Position numbers and translations under genes: made by a program. A stretch of 13,665 bases of DNA from Candidatus Auribacterota bacterium (lineage in GTDB: Bacteria; Auribacterota; UBA6266): contig JAGLRQ010000102.1 of the NCBI GenBank assembly GCA_023136205.1, positions 1 through 13,665 on the forward strand. The letters run 5' to 3'. The notes below the pieces were generated by a model. The model was not told where the DNA came from. It saw nothing but the letters and a program-made list of their open reading frames with translations, and ran no database searches. Shown in pieces: positions 8,101-13,665 of the stretch (its first letter is position 1; the number at the start of each line of letters is the position of its first letter).

Positions 8101-9680
8101 AGTCCATTTATCGCATCTTTAAACAAATTGCGATATTTGCCCGGGAACATTTCTCGTTCAGAGAGACTAGTCTGCATCCTTTGTAATAGTCCTGCTACTT
8201 CTTCATAGAATTCAGGTATAGGCTCAACATATCCTCCACCTTTGACTATACCAGTACATGTATAAGATGGCTTTGCATAAAGGACATAAAGATGCCTTAA
8301 TTGAGCCCAACTGGATAGGGCAGTATTTAGTTTCTCATCCTGCCAGGTTTTAGTCTGCATAAAAAGAGGATATCTTGAGTCAAATTTCTTCAGTAAAGGT
8401 TTCAGGCAATAAAGCCAGTTATTATAGATACTTTTGTGCCAATCATCTTCCGAATACCGGGAAAACTTGGCGTTCATCTTTACAAGTTTTTCTTCTAAGT
8501 TTCTATACTTTTTTATTTCTGAGTTCAGATGTTCCTCTGCTCTTTCTGAACTCAGGATTGTTGTCATAACATCCAGTCCTTTAGGCAGATATCTTCCTTC
8601 GACATATGGCTCAGATGTTTCACAGAATACCTCGCTATCAGGCACATAACGTTCACCCATAAACTGGATATATTTTTTGAGCATTGGCAAATCCTTAGGC
8701 CATGTTAATAGAGGAACAACTTTTGACTCTGGATATTCTAAATTTTCAAATTCTTTGCGCAATCTGATAAGGTTCTCCGGTTTAGCTAAAATATTTAAAT
8801 CAAACTTGTTTCCAAATACAGAGTTTGTCGCCTTCTGGGCCATGGGCAGGGTAATACTATCCGGAGGATTAATGAACATTGTAATAACTTCATATATTCT
8901 TAGCCGTTCTTTCTCCATCTGCGGATTATCTTTCAGTATTTTGGCTATAATTACAGCCTGAACAAGTTCTCTATCCAGCCTCTTATTTTTTTGTGGATTT
9001 ACAACATGAAATATCTTTCTGCTAAGCCATTTCATACACCTGAAATATCTCTCAAGCTCAGGATCCCCTTTATAATATCCTCTCACTTTATACTGGGTGT
9101 AGTCTTCACCGGGATAATATTCTGTAGTTTTACATTTATTAATTTTCTTAACGATTTTTTCTACCCGCCTCTTAAGACCTTTGGGAACCGCGGTTGTTTT
9201 TTCAAGAAGCCGGCAAGCTACAGTAAAGAATATCACGTTTTCTTTAAGAGCAGCTTTAACGAGAGGCTCCTTGACAACCCCGCTTTCTAGCAGCTCCATG
9301 CATTCACTTTGCATATCAACACATAATTGCTCAAGGCTGTCATATAAGTAATCTTTCTCCGTTGATTTTAAAAGATTCTCCTGTAGTCTGTACAAAACAG
9401 ATAATATTGCATCGGTAGTGAGAAAGACGCAAATTTGGTCTTTCATCTCTAGGCTATAATAGCCCGACGCCAAATTATCAGTTTTAACATCTGCCAGAAC
9501 GACAAATCCCAGCTCGAACAACTTTTCTCGGGACTCAGGGGTAAGTGGAAAATATTTTTCAATGTCAGATAGGTTAGATGGCTTGCCGATCTCATCCACT
9601 ACACGGCCAAAGGCCGTAAAAGTATTAGCGAACACAAGAGAGAAAATAAACAAAAACATAATTTGTCTTCTTTTAGACAT
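5115..9680 (-). CDS. Large secreted multidomain protein of unknown function (DUF3160-like N-terminal module, charged helix, TPR array, FN3-like domain, two Ig-like domains, orphan C-terminal domain)
   Basis: Uninterrupted 1521-codon ORF with an AAGGAAA RBS about 11 nt upstream of the ATG. It has a Sec-type signal peptide, and motif reading supports the domain order listed in the separate domain features. There is no lipobox cysteine and no obvious catalytic metal motif such as HExxH. Confidence 0.85.
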   Translation of the reverse strand: MSKRRQIMFLFIFSLVFANTFTAFGRVVDEIGKPSNLSDIEKYFPLTPESREKLFELGFVVLADVKTDNLASGYYSLEMKDQICVFLTTDAILSVLYRLQENLLKSTEKDYLYDSLEQLCVDMQSECMELLESGVVKEPLVKAALKENVIFFTVACRLLEKTTAVPKGLKRRVEKIVKKINKCKTTEYYPGEDYTQYKVRGYYKGDPELERYFRCMKWLSRKIFHVVNPQKNKRLDRELVQAVIIAKILKDNPQMEKERLRIYEVITMFINPPDSITLPMAQKATNSVFGNKFDLNILAKPENLIRLRKEFENLEYPESKVVPLLTWPKDLPMLKKYIQFMGERYVPDSEVFCETSEPYVEGRYLPKGLDVMTTILSSERAEEHLNSEIKKYRNLEEKLVKMNAKFSRYSEDDWHKSIYNNWLYCLKPLLKKFDSRYPLFMQTKTWQDEKLNTALSSWAQLRHLYVLYAKPSYTCTGIVKGGGYVEPIPEFYEEVAGLLQRMQTSLSEREMFPGKYRNLFKDAINGLNKFVRYARKELDGKPLSDYEKDDIHHFGSWLKGFDLKNPLMIVDICTDSYNQQVLHAGTGSYNPIIVIFKDDQDNSRAAVGYVMSYYEFVEKGINRLDDSQWKKKLEEGVEHLRPEWTKSFLFSSKVKKPAEENFDNSRKSRTDLDLMSIEDRKKLIEKIKKEQQEARWKRHKKEIRENRKRLKQEKMKGITDPEKIAEIMLELSIEYSWSNDFNAAMQGYKEVISISPQGKAAKKALLKIAALLKCAYYNKKALKRFSMNASKQSPDLTQIQDIYTMVCYADIEVNEKDIVEAYMDVVKKYPRDNCAMEALKRLGDFYYKQTELEKALSYYKRLTRDFLTRYSVEKIIEIYSKLIIDHYWQKKYEEALKLHEEFISFIPYLALCSGSLELDIEAAGKVQIIKAGGGFDWQPLNLFTDAENRISLEDYQGAISVLEDIIESYPDWKLINNVHALRVLCCSITGKIKGSSQLELESMVKEKLLEDVRRKVFWRLGNVYRDRKDFIVAASAYQRALEVNDITWWDKKDILGLMAELRWETQGEVNLPPLMYDIKLSPEEISWSTDTDVPVRAEIHYGFDKNNLKNVFQWKGKIQTCHRESHYKVKISYQDPGNRKTTVIKGEKPFYLEPNKEYYLQIICESEEGVRGKSLKYSLFTDIEKPSVTLISPRRNAVLDGEVELEAEISDNTGIAEVVFGICKNQYSRELAYLTNPPFRTKVTLENIENGNYDLNVWAKDLYGNRANRGIDIRIMNSRGDITPPKVKIIFPQSGAELSGKVKMIAEAVDDHKMGYVKFFINGQDEGCVFRPPYEREWNTTFYYPTGYQIQAKAWDESDNVGESEIIRVTVKETPEHIARQKKYPQKNKLIEHMRKEMPRVRDGIHFVDLPDSIKIGVPTKISWKITRGSNIECTDLRWDYLSHLRNSVAIEYVNGYHYRGKKFSGKSGETFTDEILLVDEMLFYDTTKGSPIMLVIHATIDGQEVCSRLVNLYVIPESQK
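5118..5483 (-). other. Orphan C-terminal domain, about aa 1400-1521
   Basis: GIHFVDLPDSIKIGVPTKISWKITRGSNIECTDLRWDY...SPIMLVIHATIDGQEVCSRLVNLYVIP has alternating hydrophobic patterns that suggest an all-beta fold. I cannot place it in a named family. Confidence 0.35.
5565..5837 (-). other. Ig-like domain copy 2, aa 1282-1372
   Basis: TPPKVKIIFPQSGAELSGKVKMIAEAVDDHKMGYVKFFINGQ...TGYQIQAKAWDESDNVGESEIIRVTV shows the same pattern as copy 1 and follows it directly. It is a diverged tandem duplication at the protein level. Confidence 0.6.
5853..6131 (-). other. Ig-like domain copy 1, aa 1184-1276
   Basis: KPSVTLISPRRNAVLDGEVELEAEISDNTGIAEVVFGI...NGNYDLNVWAKDLYGNRANRGIDIRI follows the bacterial Ig-like pattern P.V.I.sP..ga.l.G.v.l.A.a.Dn.gi..V.F ... 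G.y.l.a.A.D..GN. Confidence 0.6.
6135..6458 (-). other. FN3-like beta-sandwich domain, about aa 1075-1182
   Basis: The pattern ISWSTDTDVPVRAEIHYGFDKNNL ... YLEPNKEYYLQIICESEEGVRGKS..YSLFT matches the common bacterial FN3 / purple-acid-phosphatase-N-like signature (xxWxT ... v.YG ... L.P.t.Y.Y.v ... f.T). Confidence 0.5.
6486..7523 (-). other. TPR-like helical repeat region, about aa 720-1065
   Basis: Several segments have TPR-style spacing of small and aromatic residues: NDFNAAMQGYKEVISISPQGKAAKKALLKIA; AYMDVVKKYPRDNCAMEALKRLGDFYYKQTELEKALSYYKRL; WQKKYEEALKLHEEF; LEDYQGAISVLEDIIESYPDW; WRLGNVYRDRKDFIVAASAYQRALEVND. Confidence 0.6.
7530..7718 (-). other. Hyper-charged K/R/E-rich helical linker, about aa 655-717
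   Basis: KKPAEENFDNSRKSRTDLDLMSIEDRKKLIEKIKKEQQEARWKRHKKEIRENRKRLKQEKMK is dominated by alternating acidic and basic residues. That composition is typical of coiled coils or ER/K single alpha-helix spacers. Confidence 0.55.
7731..9563 (-). other. DUF3160-like module, about aa 40-650
   Basis: I recognise motifs from the bacterial DUF3160 family (Pfam PF11369): YYPGEDYTQYKVRGYY (family signature R-G-H/Y-Y), KLNTALSSWAQLRHLYVLYAKPSY, and GGGYVEPIPEFYEEVAGLL. The module length of about 600 aa also fits that family. The assignment is from memory of family motifs, not from a search. Confidence 0.5.
9606..9680 (-). other. Sec (type I) signal peptide of the large protein, aa 1-25
   Basis: MSKRRQIMFLFIFSLVFANTFTAFG has a basic n-region (KRR), an uninterrupted hydrophobic core, and small residues near a likely cleavage site (FTA/FG). 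There is no Cys, so it is not a lipoprotein signal. Confidence 0.7.
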
Positions 9681-9748
9681 CGTCTATCTTTTTCCTTTCA
9701 TTCCATTTTCATATACTGTACTAACTCAGTAATCCGGCAACTTTTTCA

Positions 9749-9777
9749 AGTTTATCAAAAGGTGAAATATATTTCAA
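9749..9777 (-). promoter_or_regulatory. Putative sigma70-type promoter for the large ORF
   Basis: The reverse strand reads TTGAAA (9777-9772), a 17-nt spacer TATATTTCACCTTTTGA, then TAAACT (9754-9749). It lies about 70 nt upstream of the ATG at 9680 and downstream of the uvrC stop. This is a sequence match only. Confidence 0.35.
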
Positions 9778-9839
9778 TCCTCTATGTTTCTATTTATGCA
9801 GATTGGCGCTTATCCGCCTCTGGCGGGGGCAAATGTGGT

Positions 9840-11327
9840 TCAAGTTTCTTCTAATCTTTTCTTTGTTTTACCTTTTAACTTCTTTAACTGTCCCTTAACC
9901 TTGCCCGCGAATTCTATGCTTACACCCGCGAATTTGGAAATCTCTAATTCATCAGCCTTTAAAATCTGCGGAATACTGCCGAATTTTGCAAGCAGTTTCC
10001 GTCTCCTGACCGGGCCGATTCCATTTATCCTGTCAAGAAATGAAGCAAACATCGTCGAGCTCCTTTTTTTCCTGTGAAAGCTTATTGCGAACCTGTGGGC
10101 TTCATCCCGAATTCTCTGAAGCAGTCGAACTGCCCCGGAATCGCGATTCATCCTGACAGGAAAAGCAAGGTGTGGAAGGTAAAGCTCCTCATGTTTTTTA
10201 GCCAACCCTACAACAGGAACTTCGGCAATCCCGATGGAACTTAAAGATTTAACTGCTGACGATACCTGACCTCTGCCTCCATCCACAAGAATAAGGTTCG
10301 GAAGCTGTTTTCCCTCGTCAAGAACTCTTTTATACCTCCTCTTCACAATCTCGGATATCATAGCACAATCATCTGCCTGTTTTATTTCTTTTATGGAAAA
10401 TTTCCTATAGTTTCTCTTATCAGGCAAACCATCCGCAAAACGCACCATAGAACCGACGGCCTGACTGCCAAAAATATTAGACACATCAAAAGCTTCTATG
10501 ATAGAAATACTTTTTTTAATTTTAAGAATGCGGGCGAGCTCCTCTAACCCGCTTCTATTGACATCTCCCGAAAACATCATATCGCGGTTCTTTCTCTTCT
10601 TTCCGAAAAGAGAGTTTAGAGCTTTTATGCAATCGCGCAAATACGCGGCTTCTTCATATTTCTGCGAAACAGAAAGGTTTTTCATTTTTGAATTCATCGA
10701 AGAAACCAACCGGGCTCTTTTTCCCCCAAGGACCAGGCATATATACTTTATCCTTTCAATGTACTGTTCCGGAGATATTTTTCCTACACAGGGAGCATCA
10801 CATTCCCCCATTTTATAATAAAGGCAATGCCTGAATTGTTTTTCATCCGGCTCTCTATAAGCACATCTTTTTATCCTGAAATTCGCCTTAAGAAAAGAAA
10901 TTGCTTTATTTAAAAGTTTAACATCTGTATAAGGCCCGTAATAAATATTCGAATCTTTCTGTTTTTCTCTTACGACTTTTATGCCCGGGATTCCGTCACC
11001 GAAAACCACCTTTACAAGAGGATAGCTTTTATCATCTTTAAGCATAATATTATATTTAGGCATGAATTGTTTTATGAGGCTGCTTTCCAGGATTAGAGCT
11101 TCTGTTTCTGTCTCTGTTTCTATAAAATCTATACTGTGAATCTCGGTAACAAGCAGGCTGGTTTTATAATCAGGATGTTTCTTTTTCTGAAAATATGATG
11201 AAACCCTTTTCTTTAGATTCGCGGCTTTACCCACATATACTATTTTTCCGCCGGAATCCCTCATCCTGTAAATTCCAGAAGAGGCAGGCAGGTTTTCAAG
11301 GGATTTTTTGATTTTTTCGCTATTCAT
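9840..11327 (-). CDS. uvrC: Excinuclease ABC subunit C (UvrC), unusually compact at 495 aa
   Basis: All hallmark UvrC modules are present. GIY-YIG nuclease: GIYRMRDSGGKIVYVGKAANLKKRVSSYF ... EALILESSLIKQFMPKYN. Four-Cys cluster: C155, C168, C176, C180 (nt 10788-10865). UVR motif: YEEAAYLRDCIKAL. C-terminal endonuclease: IEAFDVSNIFG, LILVDGGRGQ, GLAKKHEELY, RIRDEAHRFAI. Helix-hairpin-helix tail: INGIGPVRRRKLLAKFGS. Confidence 0.93.
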   Translation of the reverse strand: MNSEKIKKSLENLPASSGIYRMRDSGGKIVYVGKAANLKKRVSSYFQKKKHPDYKTSLLVTEIHSIDFIETETETEALILESSLIKQFMPKYNIMLKDDKSYPLVKVVFGDGIPGIKVVREKQKDSNIYYGPYTDVKLLNKAISFLKANFRIKRCAYREPDEKQFRHCLYYKMGECDAPCVGKISPEQYIERIKYICLVLGGKRARLVSSMNSKMKNLSVSQKYEEAAYLRDCIKALNSLFGKKRKNRDMMFSGDVNRSGLEELARILKIKKSISIIEAFDVSNIFGSQAVGSMVRFADGLPDKRNYRKFSIKEIKQADDCAMISEIVKRRYKRVLDEGKQLPNLILVDGGRGQVSSAVKSLSSIGIAEVPVVGLAKKHEELYLPHLAFPVRMNRDSGAVRLLQRIRDEAHRFAISFHRKKRSSTMFASFLDRINGIGPVRRRKLLAKFGSIPQILKADELEISKFAGVSIEFAGKVKGQLKKLKGKTKKRLEET

Positions 11328-11354
11328 GATATTGTACCTTGTTTGAATACTACC

Positions 11355-11418
11355 GAGAAAGAAAATGGGGAAAGTCCCAAGCGAGCGCAGCGAGCGGGTG
11401 GACTGTCCCTTTTTTCTT
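11355..11418 (-). terminator. Imperfect inverted repeat with flanking T/A tracts; possible bidirectional terminator downstream of res
   Basis: GGGAAAGTCC (11368-11377) pairs with GGACTGTCCC (11400-11409), giving a 10-bp stem with one mismatch. TTTTTTCTT follows on the plus strand, and ATTTTCTTTCTC follows on the minus-strand transcript. The loop is long (22 nt) and carries a direct repeat AGCGAGCG-C-AGCGAGCG (11380-11396), which is atypical for an intrinsic terminator. Confidence 0.4.
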
Positions 11419-11496
11419 GGGATTATTATATTGTATATATACCATTTGAGAAAATCTCACATCCATCCGGCAGCTATAGCTGTGTAAAACAGGTTC

Positions 11497-13665
11497 TTAA
11501 TCCAATTCGCCCACACTAGCAACCTGTCTGTATTTAACATTCTCAAACTCGTTAAAATGAGCATACCCGCATTTTATTTTTCTTTTTTCACTTATTTTCA
11601 ATTCCTGTCCTGCCGATTTGGTTTCGGCGACAAAGTAAACCGTTTTTTCGTTCTTCTTTATCAAAGCCCAGTCGGGATTATAATTTCCTATCGGTGTTTT
11701 AATCTTAAACCAAAAAGGAAGTTTGAAATAAAATTCGATGTCATCTCTGCTTTCGCATTCTTTGGCAAATTCATATTCGACATTGGAGTCAAGCGGAACA
11801 AGATTGCTGTAAATGGTTTTATCTTTCTTTTTTATTTTAAAAGTCAGGTCGTTGACATGTATTGGATAGTCCTCAAACAATCTCATTTCATATTCTTTTG
11901 AACCAATTTTTTCGTATTTAATACCCTCAATCATTAAATCCGTAAGAACATCTTTTATCGCGATAACGGTATTATCAAGAAAAAGCTGTGGATTAATTAA
12001 TACCTCGGCGATTCTTTCCGATTTTTTAAGAATTCCCAAAATTGTGGAGCGTGTAAGTTCCGTTCTTTCCTGTATATAAAAAAGAATGTCGGGTATTAAA
12101 AACGTGTCGTCAAGTGATGTCACGTAAGAGGCTTTTGTTTCCATAACAATACCGGTTTTGTCAAATTCAAGCGCGGTTTTTGTTGTTTTTATAACTGCTT
12201 TTCCTGTAGCGGGCATTTGATTAACGGCTTTCGCCGCTTTCTCAATAAGGCCGGCAGTATCATATTCTACCCGATAGGTGGCCTGATGTTTTATTTTATC
12301 CCAGATATCCCTGAATTTACCGTTCAGGTCAAAGCCTTTCCGATATTTAACCGCTGCCCTTTTCCGTTTATTTTTAATTCTGTCTTTAAAGGATACTCCA
12401 CAATCTTCTTCAATTTCAGATTGTAACTGTTTGGCAAAATCTTCATACGATTCATTGGCTACAACTGTCAATCGGTTAATAGTAGTATCCTGTATTCGCA
12501 TGCCTTCCTGATTTACTGAAAGCCTTAATCCTCTACCTATTTCCTGTCTCTTTTTAAGTTCCGATCGCGTTTCATTCAATGTACATATCTGAAAAACATT
12601 GGGGTTATCCCAACCCTCACGCAAGGCCGAGTGGCTAAAAATAAACCGCAAGGGTTCGTTAATATCCAAAAGCTTTTCTTTGTTTTTCATTATCAGCTTA
12701 AAGGTGTCATCATCTGCCTGTGTATTGCCTTTTGTGTCTTTCCATTTACCTTTTTTATCCGCCGCGAAATAACCGTTATGTACTTTCTCCGCGTCAAACG
12801 GAATTAAACCCTTATACGCTGATTTGGAGGATATGTCCTTATATACTGTCTCAAACCATTTGGCAAATTTCCCTTTAAACGGATTGCTGTCCGAATCATA
12901 ATCACGGTAATTGGCTACACGGTCTATAAAGAAAAGTGAAAGTACTTTTATGCCTTTGATTTTGAGCTTTCTTTCTTTTAAAAAATGTTCTTCAATTGTT
13001 TTGCGAATCTGAACCTTCATAACCTCATCGGAAAGTCCGCCTAGCGTATCCCCCGCAAAAACGGTTTTACCGTTTGAAAGCTCAATTAAATTTTCAGAAA
13101 CATCAATGCCGTTAATAATATATCCGCTTTTATAAATCTCTCTTTTGTTGGATAAATTGTATAAATCATCTCCAACCTTCGCGGTAACGGATTTTCTTTT
13201 AACACCGCCAGGTGTATTTACGTCTATTTTTATTTTAGCGGAAGTGCGGGTTTTTGCCGCGGCTGTTTTTTCAAGGCAAAGATACGCTTCATTAAAATCA
13301 TTTTCAGTAATAATGGAATCTACCTCAATCTGTTTTACCAGCCCCATGTCATAGGCTTTTACAGGGTCAAGGCTGTAAACCATGTTGTAGCGGTTTGTAT
13401 GGGTTGCTGAATAACGCAGAGTGCAAAGCGGATTAAGGTTTTTAACCGCGTTCTTCCTGATTTCCGTTTCCATGTTTTGCGGTTCATCCACAATTACAAT
13501 TGGAGCGGTAAGTTGAACAAATTCAATCGGTTTTCTGCCTGTCAATTTATCATTGGGCTTATTTATGATATTTTCATCTTTCGCGAAGGAATCGATATTG
13601 ATAACAAGAATCTGAATATTATTATTAATGGCAAAATTTCTTAAATTGGAAACACGCCTGGAATC
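11497..13665 (-). CDS. res: Type III restriction-modification endonuclease Res subunit (5' end outside the window)
   Basis: The ORF track starts at an internal TTG (13545), but the frame stays open to the window edge. The upstream translation is DSRRVSNLRNFAINNNIQILVINIDSFAKDENIINKPNDKL. SF2 helicase motifs are present: II (VIVDEPQNM), III (RYSATH), and V/VI (FIFSHSALREGWDNPNVFQICTL ... RQEIGRGLRL). A C-terminal PD-(D/E)XK nuclease motif NPDW...VAETK lies at nt 11617-11676. This layout is characteristic of Type III Res proteins. Confidence 0.85.
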   Translation of the reverse strand, partial: DSRRVSNLRNFAINNNIQILVINIDSFAKDENIINKPNDKLTGRKPIEFVQLTAPIVIVDEPQNMETEIRKNAVKNLNPLCTLRYSATHTNRYNMVYSLDPVKAYDMGLVKQIEVDSIITENDFNEAYLCLEKTAAAKTRTSAKIKIDVNTPGGVKRKSVTAKVGDDLYNLSNKREIYKSGYIINGIDVSENLIELSNGKTVFAGDTLGGLSDEVMKVQIRKTIEEHFLKERKLKIKGIKVLSLFFIDRVANYRDYDSDSNPFKGKFAKWFETVYKDISSKSAYKGLIPFDAEKVHNGYFAADKKGKWKDTKGNTQADDDTFKLIMKNKEKLLDINEPLRFIFSHSALREGWDNPNVFQICTLNETRSELKKRQEIGRGLRLSVNQEGMRIQDTTINRLTVVANESYEDFAKQLQSEIEEDCGVSFKDRIKNKRKRAAVKYRKGFDLNGKFRDIWDKIKHQATYRVEYDTAGLIEKAAKAVNQMPATGKAVIKTTKTALEFDKTGIVMETKASYVTSLDDTFLIPDILFYIQERTELTRSTILGILKKSERIAEVLINPQLFLDNTVIAIKDVLTDLMIEGIKYEKIGSKEYEMRLFEDYPIHVNDLTFKIKKKDKTIYSNLVPLDSNVEYEFAKECESRDDIEFYFKLPFWFKIKTPIGNYNPDWALIKKNEKTVYFVAETKSAGQELKISEKRKIKCGYAHFNEFENVKYRQVASVGELD

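Noticed and set aside
6010-9290. Plus-strand ORFs antisense to the giant gene (6010-6207, 6744-6935, 7175-7399, 7443-7842, 8375-8649, 8677-8961, 8991-9290)
   Set aside because: These are shadow ORFs of the 1521-codon frame. The longest (7447-7842) is simply the antisense of the K/E/R-rich linker and gives an F/S/L-rich nonsense peptide.
9814-9826. Small hairpin CCGCC-TCT-GGCGG just downstream of the uvrC stop, considered as a terminator
   Set aside because: It has only a 5-bp stem and no U-tract on the minus-strand transcript (the stem is followed by ATAAGCGCC). That is too weak to call an intrinsic terminator.
9663-10818. Plus-strand ORFs around and inside uvrC (9663-9854, 9784-10077, 10498-10818)
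   Set aside because: They are antisense to uvrC or to the promoter region of the giant gene, and they have no motifs or RBS. They are shadow ORFs.
1-13665. Search for CRISPR arrays, tRNA/rRNA genes, IS elements, integrases, or retron/DGR-type elements
   Set aside because: I saw no spaced direct repeats, no cloverleaf-compatible segments in the four intergenic regions, no transposase, integrase or reverse-transcriptase-like ORFs, and no template/variable repeat pair for the C-terminal domain of the giant protein.

Overview
All credible genes in this 13.7 kb window are on the minus strand. In transcription order (right to left) they are: a Type III restriction endonuclease Res subunit whose 5' end runs off the right edge; a compact uvrC; a 1521-aa secreted multidomain protein of unknown function; secA; lnt; and the first 19 codons of another gene running off the left edge. 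secA, lnt and uvrC are ordinary housekeeping genes of a diderm bacterium with moderately low GC. I found no tRNA, rRNA, CRISPR array, transposase or integrase. I also see no clear multi-gene novel system. The best candidate for something undescribed is the giant ORF at 5115-9680. It reads as signal peptide, DUF3160-like module, hyper-charged helix, TPR array, FN3-like domain, two Ig-like domains and an orphan C-terminal domain. It sits between uvrC and secA with its own promoter-like element. By hand sampling it is poorer in CpG and G+C than its neighbours, which fits a later acquisition. The partial Type III Res gene points to a defence locus extending beyond the right edge. Smaller oddities are a heptameric tandem repeat abutting a ribosome-binding site, an inverted repeat with a repeat-bearing loop, and a perfect 12-bp palindrome. 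All family assignments come from reading motifs by eye and need HMM or structure searches to confirm.
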